Source of the DNA: Bdellovibrionota bacterium
GTDB lineage: Bacteria > Bdellovibrionota_C > UBA2361 > OMII01
Length of the DNA stretch: 21,751 bases
NCBI GenBank assembly: GCA_044356215.1
Contig: JBIKWQ010000061.1
Location: forward strand, 1-21,751
Direction: 5' to 3'
In this document: one piece after another, positions 8,753 to 18,234 of the stretch
Numbering within the stretch: position 1 is the first letter of the stretch
Layout of the letters: each line of letters begins with the position of its first letter
Position numbers and translations under genes: made by a program
The notes under the pieces: model-generated
What the model was told of the DNA's origin: nothing
The model's input: only the letters and a program-made list of their open reading frames with translations
Databases searched by the model: none

Positions 8753-9934
8753 TTAATGAGACCTACCGGATTGTTTTTCGCGAAACAAATTTTCCAGACC
8801 CTCGCGCCAAGGCATGACTTCGATGCCTTCTACCAATCGTGGGTGAGATTCACGACAGAGGCAGATATATCGACACCGCGGAAAATCCACCTGTAAAGAG
8901 CGAAGATGAGCGAGATGGGCTTTGGTGATAGCATCACTTGATTTAACCTCGATAAAGATATGCTCTTCTCGTGGTCGCGACAGGACGAGATCAATCTCCA
9001 GGCCACCGGCGGTAGCGAGGTATGAGAGAGAGTACTTGGCGCGAAAGTAGTCGTTCAAGCGACGTGTTTCGTTGATGATGAACTGCTCGAATAGTGGTCC
9101 CCGTTCCTGGCTCGAGAGAGGTGTAAAGCGCAGAGTTTCATCGATGGCCCTCTTCACTCCGCAGTCGAAAAGATAGAATTTGGGAGCATGAAGCTGCTGC
9201 TTCCGCACTGAACGATTAAACGCGGGGAGAAGAGATCCGAGCAAAGTATCCTCTAGAATAGAGAAATAGTTCTGTACCGTTTTCACATCGACCTGAATAT
9301 CGCGCGCGATTGCGGAGAAGTTTATGATTGTTCCGCTAGCCTGGGATGCGACCTCCAAGAAATGCCTAAATGGTTGGATATTCCGCACAAGCTGCTCAGC
9401 GGTTATCTCCTCACGGAGATAGGTGTGAACGTAGGCATCGAGGAACATCTCCTTTGATGAGTCGCTTGATAATCCGAAGATTCGTGGGAGAGTCCCCCAC
9501 TCAAGCGCCTCGTCGAGCGAGAAGCTTGAAGCCATTTCGAACGCCGCTAGCGGATGTAGCGAGAAAACAAACGCGCGACCGGCAAGAAGATTCGCCGCCC
9601 CACGTCGTAGTTTGCGTGCACTAGATCCGGTCAGCGCAAATAGCACCCCTCGAGATTCGATTTCGTGATGTACCACATCAAGCAGGGCGGGGACTTTTTG
9701 CACTTCGTCTATAACTACCCAAGAGTTCTTTTGGTTACGGCGCGCGCTGATTCGTTCGCTTAGCAGGGAGGGATTGTCAGCAAAGCGGCGCTCCTCTTTT
9801 GGGTCAAGGAGATCAATCCAAAGAGCCTTATTACGAGGGTAGCGCTCCTCTAGAAGAGAAGTTTTTCCGGTGCCGCGTGCGCCAAACAGAAAAAAACTGT
9901 TATCTTTCGGTAGGTTAATAGCTCGTGGAAACAT
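8753..9934 (-). CDS. AAA_14 ATPase with DUF4143 and a C-terminal PD-(D/E)xK-like domain
   Basis: Walker A GARGTGKT, Walker B VVIDEVQK, LTGSSARKL, PKFYLFDCG, and EIDLV...IFIEVKS. Confidence 0.9.
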   Translation of the reverse strand: MFPRAINLPKDNSFFLFGARGTGKTSLLEERYPRNKALWIDLLDPKEERRFADNPSLLSERISARRNQKNSWVVIDEVQKVPALLDVVHHEIESRGVLFALTGSSARKLRRGAANLLAGRAFVFSLHPLAAFEMASSFSLDEALEWGTLPRIFGLSSDSSKEMFLDAYVHTYLREEITAEQLVRNIQPFRHFLEVASQASGTIINFSAIARDIQVDVKTVQNYFSILEDTLLGSLLPAFNRSVRKQQLHAPKFYLFDCGVKRAIDETLRFTPLSSQERGPLFEQFIINETRRLNDYFRAKYSLSYLATAGGLEIDLVLSRPREEHIFIEVKSSDAITKAHLAHLRSLQVDFPRCRYICLCRESHPRLVEGIEVMPWREGLENLFREKQSGRSH

Positions 9935-9963
9935 AATCCAAATATCGATTCGATTTATGGAGT

Positions 9964-9992
9964 ATTGTCCACGAACATGAGAGAGCAGTCAA
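9964..9992 (-). promoter_or_regulatory. Putative sigma70-type promoter for the AAA ATPase gene
   Basis: Minus strand reads TTGACT-N17-GACAAT about 30 nt upstream of the ATG at 9934. Confidence 0.5.
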
Positions 9993-10066
9993 TACCCTCG
10001 AACATTTAGTGGAGTTTGTGCCACTTGATGAGGTAGAGTCCCCCTGGCCGCGTATCGGTCGTATGT

Positions 10067-13000
10067 GTGAGGTATTTGATGTCAACCGTGCCCGTTAGTT
10101 CGCCACAGGACTCGCAACCAAACGATCCTCGTTACGGACAGCTATTTAAGGTGCTAGCCGATCTCTTGTTTAATTTTTACGACTTTTTTAGCGCTAAACG
10201 ATCAGAGAAGGGCTTTGAATTATCTGAGCAGGGTAGGGTGTCTGAGGTCGTAATAGTAAGGTGCTCTCCCGAAGAGTTAATTCTTTCAGGAGCAGTACGC
10301 GATAAGCGCACTATGACAGCGACGATCTCGATTAGCGTGGTGGGGAACTTGGCTGGCTTTGAAATTTGCACTTTATGTGATTGTAGAACTAACAGATATT
10401 GCGAGCATGGGGCAGCTATCCTTGAGAGTTTTTTCGATGAGGCATGGAGCGATAAAGTAAACGAATTTATCGCGCACTCTTGTCATACAATAGTAGTTCC
10501 TAACCAAAGTACTAAGGAGCTCGCGAATATTTCTGGAATCGTTATTCCAGGATCCGATGGTCTGCCACTCTCCAAAGAAATGCAGCAGCGTCTTATACGG
10601 CTTAGTTATTCAGAAATGCCGCTTTCTCCTCATAAGATGGCGCCCCGCTATCAGGTTGGATACGAATTACATCTAATTGACTCTAATTCGAAAGGTCAAC
10701 TTCGCAAGTGGATGATAAAAGCAGTAGTGATTGATAGCGCAGGAGGACAGCTAGTAGTTTCTCAGTACGACCGCGATAACTTTGAAGAGATAGCCTCTGC
10801 TGGGGGTGTATCTTTCGCTCCCCATGACGGAGCGCTCTTACTTGGACTTGATGCGCTCGCCGTTAGAAAACTCGAGCGCTACAGCTCTTATCATTCATTT
10901 TCGTCGTTACGGACATCAGCTAGGGGAGATCTCCTTTTGCAAGCTGTAGAATTGGGTAGATGTTTTATCCCAATGAGGAGGGCACCGCTTAAATTAGGGG
11001 GGCAATTGGCGGTGCGGCTCGGCTGGAATGTAACCGCAAATGGGTATCGCAAGCCTGAGATTATCGGTGTGCCAGAAGGCACAGTGATTCTCAATGCCCA
11101 GCCGACACCGATGTATATTAATTCTGCGACCGGTGAGGTTGGTCCGGTCTTTGTGGATGGGACATCGGTGCAGGTCGAAGATTGGGTGAGCCTGCCAAGG
11201 GTTAAGATCGAACAGTCTCCATCTTTACTGAGATCCCTCCGCAGTAATGGCCTACCGACGGCTGGACTTGAAGATATAGTCCTAGCAGGCGAGGCGCTCG
11301 ACCCCACAACACCGCGTGTTAAGCTCACCGTGTTCTCCACTGACTTTGTGTCCCCGTATAGCAGCGATACGGATTGGTCTCCGCCTATCAGCGAGGAAAC
11401 GGAGTTGCTTCGAGTTGGTGACGTAGCCGCTAAAGTATATGCTATCAAATTATCGTTTTTCTACGCTGATACTGAAGTCACTCGGGCCGATACCGCGATT
11501 GCATTTGCCGATTCCAGAGCCCCGGGAGGCAGAATTTTGCGAAATATGAACTTTGAGCGAGCCGCGGCGGGTAAACTCCTCGGCCTGGGAGTGAAAGATT
11601 TTCACACTCTTTTCTCTGGAGAGATATCCTCCTTAAAGTCAAAAGGGCTCTACGGCGTCCCCTCATACTATTTTGATCACCTCTCTACGCAGCTGCAGTA
11701 CGTGCCTAAATTAGTGCAATGCGCGAACGAAAATGGCTGGGATATAGAATTAGCTCCGGAATTAATGCCTAACTCCATACAGGCTTCTGATTTTAGTGGT
11801 GAGTTGCTGGAACACGAGGAAACCGGTTGGTTTGAGGCTAAACTCCGCGTTGAGTCCAAGGGCGTGTCGTTTGATCTTGGCGAGGTTCTTTTATCTTTAC
11901 TAAACGCCCGGACAGGCAAACTTGCTCTCCTTGAGAGGAGTAGGGCAAGTAATGTAGTTGTCATGCTGCGGGATCGCAGTATCGAGATTGAGCGTGAGCG
12001 GTTACTCCAACTCGTGCGAGTTGTGGGTGAGCTAGCGGACCCTGAAGAGAAGCAGAGATTGCGATTTAACCGCTTTTCCGGGTACGCGCTTGAGAACGTG
12101 CTTGGTGATAGTCTAGGTAGATGGCAGTCCAGTAAACAGATTCAAGCGCTGCGAGAAAGGATTAAACGACTTGAGCAACCTACAAGTATCGCAGAACCCT
12201 CTGGTTTTAAAGGATCATTGCGTGACTATCAGCAACATGGACTGGCCTGGCTGGCGACCTTGGGAAAAGTTGAGCTAGGGGGGATCCTGGCTGATGACAT
12301 GGGGCTTGGAAAGACCGTGCAGATAATCGCTTTCCTGCTCTTAGAGCAGTTACAGGGCCGGACCGGACCTAATCTTGTGGTATGTCCAAAAAGTGTTGTG
12401 CCAAACTGGATTGCGGAGCTATCGCGCTTCGCGCCGGGGCTCACAGTGCACCAATCAACTGGCACAAACCGAACCAAGAGCGTAGAGACATTACAATCCG
12501 CTAACGTAGTAGTTACCTCGTATGCATTACTTAACAAAGATAGTGAAGTTCTAAGGAACATCGAATTTAACCTAGCTATCTTTGATGAGGCCCAAGCGAT
12601 TAAAAATCCAGTAACGGTCTCCTATCAGGCCGCGAGCGCTCTCAAAGCCAGGCTCAAGCTCCCCGTGAGCGGCACACCACTTGAAAATAACCTACAGGAT
12701 CTCTGGGCACACTTTAATTTGACGATGCCTGGGTTCCTTTATTCTCACCGAACATTCAATAAAGTCTACCGTAAACCGATTGAGAAAGATGGCGATTCGC
12801 GACTGCGTGAGCACCTAGCTGCGCGGATTAAACCCTTTGTACTACGGCGCACCAAGCAGGAGGTTGTCAAAGAGCTGCCACCACTGACTGAGATCATCAA
12901 GCGTTGCGAGCTAGAAGGCGCCCAAAGAGACCTCTACGAAACGATTAGGCAGCTGACGACAAAAAAAGTCCGTGAGGCTCTTGGAAGCAAAGGAGCAAAG

Positions 13001-13630
13001 CGCTCTCACATTGAATTTCTCGATGCTCTGTTAAAGCTACGCCAAGTCTGCTGCGACCCGCGACTTGTTAAGACACAAGCTGCCCAGGCAGTGCAACAAT
13101 CAGCTAAGCTCACGCTACTGATGGAATTATTGACCCAGCTCTTATCTGAGGGGCGGTCAGTGGTGCTCTTCTCGCAGTTTACCTCAATGCTGGCTCTGAT
13201 AGAAAAAGCCGTGCAAGCCGAAGGAATTACCTACTGTATCCTTACCGGAGAGACTACCGATCGAGAATCGCAGATCAAATCTTTTCAGGCAGGGGAGAAG
13301 CGACTTTTTCTCATGAGCCTTAAAGCTGGCGGTGTTGGCATTAACCTTACCGCGGCTGACACCGTGGTGATGTACGATCCTTGGTGGAACCCCGCGGTAG
13401 AGGCCCAGGCGATTTGCCGTGCGCACCGTATCGGCCAGAAGAATCCAGTTTTTGCCTATCGACTGATCGCTCAAGGTTCGATAGAGGAGAAGATCCTCGA
13501 TCTTCAAACACGCAAGCGTGATTTAGTGGAAAACATTCTGAGCGACAATGAACGGCCCCCAGAATTAAGCACTGAGCTAGTTGATTATCTGTTCGCTCCT
13601 CTTGGCGAGGGAGATATATACGCATCCTAA
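10067..13630 (+). CDS. SNF2-family ATPase with an N-terminal SWIM zinc finger (start may be ATG 10079)
   Basis: SWIM motif CDC-x5-CEH; LRDYQQHG, ILADDMGLGKT, DEAQ, SGTPLEN, LFSQF, SLKAGGVGINLT, DPWWNP and QAICRAHRIGQ. Confidence 0.93.
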   Translation: MRYLMSTVPVSSPQDSQPNDPRYGQLFKVLADLLFNFYDFFSAKRSEKGFELSEQGRVSEVVIVRCSPEELILSGAVRDKRTMTATISISVVGNLAGFEICTLCDCRTNRYCEHGAAILESFFDEAWSDKVNEFIAHSCHTIVVPNQSTKELANISGIVIPGSDGLPLSKEMQQRLIRLSYSEMPLSPHKMAPRYQVGYELHLIDSNSKGQLRKWMIKAVVIDSAGGQLVVSQYDRDNFEEIASAGGVSFAPHDGALLLGLDALAVRKLERYSSYHSFSSLRTSARGDLLLQAVELGRCFIPMRRAPLKLGGQLAVRLGWNVTANGYRKPEIIGVPEGTVILNAQPTPMYINSATGEVGPVFVDGTSVQVEDWVSLPRVKIEQSPSLLRSLRSNGLPTAGLEDIVLAGEALDPTTPRVKLTVFSTDFVSPYSSDTDWSPPISEETELLRVGDVAAKVYAIKLSFFYADTEVTRADTAIAFADSRAPGGRILRNMNFERAAAGKLLGLGVKDFHTLFSGEISSLKSKGLYGVPSYYFDHLSTQLQYVPKLVQCANENGWDIELAPELMPNSIQASDFSGELLEHEETGWFEAKLRVESKGVSFDLGEVLLSLLNARTGKLALLERSRASNVVVMLRDRSIEIERERLLQLVRVVGELADPEEKQRLRFNRFSGYALENVLGDSLGRWQSSKQIQALRERIKRLEQPTSIAEPSGFKGSLRDYQQHGLAWLATLGKVELGGILADDMGLGKTVQIIAFLLLEQLQGRTGPNLVVCPKSVVPNWIAELSRFAPGLTVHQSTGTNRTKSVETLQSANVVVTSYALLNKDSEVLRNIEFNLAIFDEAQAIKNPVTVSYQAASALKARLKLPVSGTPLENNLQDLWAHFNLTMPGFLYSHRTFNKVYRKPIEKDGDSRLREHLAARIKPFVLRRTKQEVVKELPPLTEIIKRCELEGAQRDLYETIRQLTTKKVREALGSKGAKRSHIEFLDALLKLRQVCCDPRLVKTQAAQAVQQSAKLTLLMELLTQLLSEGRSVVLFSQFTSMLALIEKAVQAEGITYCILTGETTDRESQIKSFQAGEKRLFLMSLKAGGVGINLTAADTVVMYDPWWNPAVEAQAICRAHRIGQKNPVFAYRLIAQGSIEEKILDLQTRKRDLVENILSDNERPPELSTELVDYLFAPLGEGDIYAS

Positions 13631-13692
13631 AAGCGAGATATACCCGTATATTTTTTAACGTTATTTCGGAATAATTTGCTGAGAAGTTACGT

Positions 13693-14076
13693 TTAATCCA
13701 ATAGCTCCGATGCGCGCAGCGATCTTATATTACTGTTAAAGCCTGAGCCGCACTTTCGAAGTACTCGAGGACTCAGTATACAAAAAGTTAGGCGACTAGG
13801 ATCGGCAGTCACTCGATTGGATTTTAGCTGCGAATACAACTCGCCGTAACGCTTGGCGAACTCACGTTCACTTGAAAGGGGTGAGCCAGAGTCCGCGGCT
13901 GGGCGCATAAACTTTGTCCAAAAATCTGTCGCGAGCCCCATGATAACCTCGTGTCCCAAAGTAAAGACGATCATCTTTTCGTGGACCTCAAGAAAGCGAT
14001 AACATCCGGCGGGTATCGCGTTAGCATCCACCAGTAACTCAACAGCATCGCCTGAGTGTAGTTTTGTAATATCCAT
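13693..14076 (-). CDS. Hypothetical protein (127 aa)
   Basis: ATG with a GGAGA ribosome-binding site; non-overlapping; co-oriented with the upstream ORF. No family recognised. Confidence 0.6.
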   Translation of the reverse strand: MDITKLHSGDAVELLVDANAIPAGCYRFLEVHEKMIVFTLGHEVIMGLATDFWTKFMRPAADSGSPLSSEREFAKRYGELYSQLKSNRVTADPSRLTFCILSPRVLRKCGSGFNSNIRSLRASELLD

Positions 14077-14106
14077 AGTTAAATCTCCATGATTAGATCT
14101 ATACTG

Positions 14107-14655
14107 TTACCAGCCCTTTTTTAAGTATAGAGACGGGTCGTTTGATACCATTGAGAACCCGATAGCTTCCTTGCAGTAGTTGAGAGCCTCCCGACTAAAT
14201 GCCATAGGTGGCCCTTCCGTTGCCTTACCGAGTTCTCCTGCAAATCTCTGGAACAATACCTCCTTGCAGTACAGCATCGTGTTACGGAATGCACCGGTCG
14301 CTCGAGGCGATAGGTCTACCCCATCAGGGATCTCTGCTTTTGTCCCGTGCAGCTTTATCACCCTGCGCAGATCGTTGTTGAGCTTGGACATTTCGGGCTG
14401 TGTAATGCATGGATAGGATTGTATAGCTGAAATACCCAAGTGTGATTGCACGCCGTGCAGGTAGGCCCTATCGATTGTGCGATCGATAATTTTCGTGTCA
14501 CTACAACAGGTATTTCTGACTGCGGCATTGTTTGATCCTTGATAGCTACAGGTGAGCTTTTCGTTCCATGGGCTTGTGTGCGGGATGTAGTCGTTGCTGT
14601 GGTTCGTGTACGGAACGTATGATGCTGTTTGATTAACGGTAGTGGTAGGTGCCAT
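14107..14655 (-). CDS. Hypothetical protein (likely start ATG 14655; 182 aa)
   Basis: AAAGGAGT ribosome-binding site before MAPTTT. No family recognised. Confidence 0.6.
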   Translation of the reverse strand: MAPTTTVNQTASYVPYTNHSNDYIPHTSPWNEKLTCSYQGSNNAAVRNTCCSDTKIIDRTIDRAYLHGVQSHLGISAIQSYPCITQPEMSKLNNDLRRVIKLHGTKAEIPDGVDLSPRATGAFRNTMLYCKEVLFQRFAGELGKATEGPPMAFSREALNYCKEAIGFSMVSNDPSLYLKKGW

Positions 14656-14878
14656 AAAAACTTTTACTCCTTTAATTGATAAAATAGATATTCGTCTTTC
14701 TATATTAATCGTATACGGTAGGAGGAAGTTGCTAGGGTGGACAAAATTTGGGTGGTTTCCCAACGGATCTAAACTTATTGGAGGCGCATAGGGAAACGTA
14801 CCACCTACTAGCTATTTGCATATCAGCTTTATTCGGCGGATCCTGCCAGATAGGCGCTTTGAGTGGAGGAATTTTAAA

Positions 14879-15306
14879 GTGATCGAAGCTAATATTTTTG
14901 GAATAATGCCCGAGGATCGATTTATTCGGCGGGGAGTGATTGTTAGAGTTGTTGATGGAGACACTCTTGATGTCGAGAAAGACTCAGGCTTGAGCTAGTG
15001 GACACGCCCGAGATGAAGCGCGCAGCTGAAAGTAATGCGGCAAAGTGGGTATCCGAGCAGGTTCGCAAGCACTTCTACGAAAATACGCCGATAATTATCG
15101 CATCAATGGCGTTTGATAGGACCGGGCAAGTGAGGGGAAAATTTGGCCGCACCATGGCTGTCGTGTATAGAGCTAGAGATCAGTTATGTTTAAACGAGCT
15201 TCTACTCAGGGAGAAGTGGGCATGGCCAACCGACAATAAAGGAAAGCTTCTGAGTGCGCGCTCGCTGGATCTTTTAACGGGAATACCAGAGAGCGAGCGC
15301 GGATAA
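14879..15306 (+). pseudogene. Thermonuclease (SNase-like) gene broken by an internal deletion and frameshift near 14995
   Basis: The first fragment has VRVVDGDTLDV and a GGAGG site before GTG 14879. The second frame has DTPE, GKFGRTMAVV and LNELLL. The usual xRLxG segment before DTPE is missing. Confidence 0.8.
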
Positions 15307-15387
15307 GCGATACAGCTTTGATGGTGGTTTCAACGAACGGCGCGCCCCGATTTGACAGAGGAGGGGGGGGGTAACTACTCATATGGA

Positions 15388-16495
15388 TTAAAACTCTCCG
15401 TCCCACATCATATCGAGGAACTCTTCGATCGGAATAATTTCAGTGCCACGGTCCGTTTTTCTGCGAGTCTTCTCGTTGCAAACAATTATTCTTCGTTTCA
15501 GGGGTATCTCCTCAGCGAGAGCCAACATCGAATTCTCCTCCTTGTCTGCTACTCGCCCAGAAGATTTAACCTCAATAGCAATCTCTCTATTCAACAGAAA
15601 ATCCACTTCCAACTTGGTATGACTTCGCCAATAGTGCAAAGAGTAGTCATTACGTCGGTAGTCAATGAAAGCTTTCAGCTCTAGAAAAACGAGGTGTTCA
15701 AACATCTTCCCGTAGATCTCCGTTCCTGGCAGAACCTCGAATCGGTTTAAAATGCCGTTCGCAACTCCGGTATCAAAGAGGTAGAACTTTGGGATGGTTA
15801 CTGACTTTCTCCTCTTGGTGTCTTTGAAAGACTCTAGCTCATGCCCAATCAGCGTATCCTTGAGAATCTGATAATACGCGCGCACCGTGTTGATCTTGAC
15901 CTCCGCGTCATTCGATATGTTTGAATAGTTGAGTTGCTCTCCGTTGGTAAGAGCGGCCACCGTGAGAAATCTAGAAAAATTACCAACTGATCGCGTGACG
16001 CTCTCTACCCTGATCTCCTCCTCCAGATACAAACCTACATATTGAGATAGCTCTTCTTTGAAATGCTCCGAATCGATGATTCCGGGCAGAGAGCCGCGAA
16101 TGACGCGGTCTTGGATCCTAGCTTTTTGGAGCTCGCAGGAGACGAGAGTTTGAAGTACTCGTTGCCAGATTCGACAGCTTCCTTGCGCTGCTTTCGGTCA
16201 AAACGACGCAGATCCGAGGATCTCTATCTAAGATCACCTGAATCTCATCGAAGATCTCAGGGAGGCGCTGCGCTTCATCGACTATAACGGTCCTGGTGCC
16301 TTCGGGTAGCCGTTGCCTCAGTAGCTCAGGGTGGGCACTGTAGGCTCTGTAGGTATCGCGCTCCGCGAGGTTAATTGTAAAGGCGGAAGAAAACTCTCTT
16401 CCGATCAAAGTGCTCTTTCCCGTCTGGCGTGGACCAAGCAATAGAAGTGACTTCTTTTCTAATATCTCTTTTAAGTTTAAGGCTCTGTTGTACAT
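15388..16495 (-). pseudogene. Second AAA_14/DUF4143 ATPase, frameshifted by an approximately 29-nt deletion near 16175
   Basis: The 5' frame has GPRQTGKS, IVDEAQR and LTESSARKL. Another frame resumes RIWQRVLQTLVSCEL...RGSLPG...YLEEEIR...PKFYLFDTG...EVDF...IEVKS. Only 28 nt separate ARKL from the conserved L, versus 57 nt in the intact paralogue at 8753-9934. Confidence 0.85.
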
Positions 16496-16665
16496 TTCAT
16501 TATGGATAGTAATTATTATCGATAATTGTCAACTTAAATGAAACACACTTAAAAGAGCGAGAAGGATGGATAAGAAGATCGATTAATTCCGGAGTTATAT
16601 CAACAAACTAGGTAGTTGGGGTTTATTCGGAGGGCCCAATATAGTGTAGTCTAATCCGCGCTCAG

Positions 16666-17643
16666 CTATAACCCAATCTTACTAGTCGGATTCCCCCTAA
16701 AGACCGTAGCATCTCTGATATACCGCTTAAGCATATCAAGCGACGCATGTCCTGAGTGCCTCTGAACATCAAGCGGGTCAACGCCTGCTTGAATCGCAGA
16801 CGTGACAAGCCCAGCTCGTAGTGAGTGCCCAGAGAACTTACTAGGCTCTAACCCAATATCAGACCCGTAGCGTTTCACCATGCGGGCGACCGCTTTATCC
16901 GAGAGTCTAGCATCCTGCACCTTACTCCACCTAACCGGCCGAAAAAGCGGCCCATCTCCAATCCCTCCAGCCTTCATCCAAGCAGTAACTGCCTTCACAG
17001 GGCAGGTCTCCCCATGGTCTCCAAAGCACACACCAACTTTTCTCCCAAACGAGTACTGGTCGGTCTTACTTTTCTTAATCGTCACCACTAGACCTTCTTT
17101 GCACAGTGCAAGGTCCTCAACGTCAATCCCAACTAGCTCGCTACGCCTTAGCGCCCCAGAGAACCCAAGCAGTAATAGCGCCTTGTCGCGTAAGCCTTGA
17201 AGAGTAGGGGGGATCTCTCCAACCATCTCTTTTATGTGTAGAGTGACGGTAGGTTGCTTTTGAGTAGGAGCACACTTTTTCTTGCGCTTAATACCTTCAA
17301 CAAGCTGCCTAACCTTAAAATCCTTAACGGGGTTTGTTTTTTGCTGTGAGAATCTATGAGCTACGGAGATAGCAGCCAAGCGCCGTGTGATCGACGATAC
17401 CTTATGAGTTTTTGCAAGCGCTGTGAGATAAGCCACCAGCGTATTTGCTTCTGCTGGCATCCAGGAAGCTTTATGCTCTTCGCACCACAATCTAAACTCT
17501 CTTAGGTCGCTTGCATAGGCGCGCCTAGTGTTAGGAGCAAGGGAGGCGTCTAAGTATTCGCGAGCCTCGTGGAGTAGAGCCTCGATAATCTTTGAAACCT
17601 GATTGTTTTGAGATGTTGTTTCAGGTTGTAGTTTGTTAGCCAT
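16666..17643 (-). CDS. Cre-like tyrosine recombinase, probable multimer resolvase (likely start ATG 17643)
   Basis: N-terminal core-binding domain (APNTRRAYASD). Catalytic residues present: R (GALRRSEL), K (KSKTDQ), H-x-x-R (GHSLRAG), H (SGH) and Y (KRYIR). Confidence 0.93.
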   Translation of the reverse strand: MANKLQPETTSQNNQVSKIIEALLHEAREYLDASLAPNTRRAYASDLREFRLWCEEHKASWMPAEANTLVAYLTALAKTHKVSSITRRLAAISVAHRFSQQKTNPVKDFKVRQLVEGIKRKKKCAPTQKQPTVTLHIKEMVGEIPPTLQGLRDKALLLLGFSGALRRSELVGIDVEDLALCKEGLVVTIKKSKTDQYSFGRKVGVCFGDHGETCPVKAVTAWMKAGGIGDGPLFRPVRWSKVQDARLSDKAVARMVKRYGSDIGLEPSKFSGHSLRAGLVTSAIQAGVDPLDVQRHSGHASLDMLKRYIRDATVFRGNPTSKIGL

Positions 17644-17720
17644 ACGTTTAATTCCCACACATTACAGACAAGCAACTATACCTTATTTGATGCCGGAAAG
17701 CCTTATTTTGGTGCATTTAT

Positions 17721-17752
17721 TACGTCCGATAAGTAAAAGGTTATCGGACGTA
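17721..17752. other. lox-like recombination core site TACGTCCGATAA-GTAAAAGG-TTATCGGACGTA
   Basis: Perfect 12-bp inverted arms around an asymmetric 8-bp spacer, 78 bp upstream of the recombinase start. loxP has the comparable 13-8-13 geometry. Confidence 0.8.
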
Positions 17753-17754
17753 TG

Positions 17755-17782
17755 TATGACAAGCAATATGACAATATGACAA
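17755..17782 (+). repeat. Three direct repeats of TATGACAA beside the lox-like site
   Basis: Copies at 17755, 17767 and 17775. GACAAGCAA at 17758 recurs at 17667 on the other side of the core site. Confidence 0.7.
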
Positions 17783-17809
17783 ATAAAGCGTGAAAAAGTA
17801 GGGGAGGGG

Positions 17810-17818
17810 TGTTATACT
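17810..17818 (+). promoter_or_regulatory. Extended -10 promoter element (TGnTATACT) for the gene at 17865
   Basis: TGTTATACT about 45 nt upstream of the ATG. Confidence 0.45.
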
Positions 17819-17864
17819 GGTGTTATATTAACAGCCGCAAAAAAACGATATCGGGAGTAGCTGT

Positions 17865-18212
17865 ATGAAAGGTAGTAGTAGCAGTAACGGTAATAATGGC
17901 AGTAAAGACAACAAGGAGCCTAAAGCGCCAACAAGAGCTCTTCTAATGGAACGCCTCCAAGAGGCTGATAGCAAATCAAAGAGTAAAACCACCACAGTCA
18001 CTCTGCGTATCCCAACAGAGCTTAACGATTGGTTAGATGAGTACCGGCACCTTTCATACCCCCAGCGCATAGAGAAACAGGCGCTTGTAATTGAGGGCTT
18101 AAGGCTCCTTTATATGGCTAGGGGCCAGCCAGGGAGTGATGCGTTTAATTTAGAGGAGGTTTTACTATCAAAGGCTTTAGGGAGAAGTGTCAGCAAATCA
18201 AAGCGTAAGTAA
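17865..18212 (+). CDS. Small putative ribbon-helix-helix DNA-binding protein, divergent from the recombinase
   Basis: GGGAG ribosome-binding site. A low-complexity N-terminus is followed by TTTVTLRIPTELNDWLDEY...KQALVIEGLRLL, a strand-helix-helix pattern. Confidence 0.55.
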   Translation: MKGSSSSNGNNGSKDNKEPKAPTRALLMERLQEADSKSKSKTTTVTLRIPTELNDWLDEYRHLSYPQRIEKQALVIEGLRLLYMARGQPGSDAFNLEEVLLSKALGRSVSKSKRK

Positions 18213-18234
18213 CGTAACCCAATAGGAGGCTAAA

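Noticed and set aside
10177..13625. Short antisense ORFs inside the SNF2 gene (and similar ones inside parA, rep, XPB, its partner and the recombinase)
   Set aside because: They are shadow frames of well-supported genes with no independent evidence.
16666..17643. Integron integrase or prophage integrase
   Set aside because: No IntI-specific insertion, attC-like sites or phage genes were seen, and the context fits a plasmid resolvase.
17721..17752. Chromosomal dif/XerCD site or terminator
   Set aside because: The arms are symmetric with an 8-bp spacer, whereas dif has asymmetric arms and a 6-bp spacer. It lies between divergent genes with no U tract.
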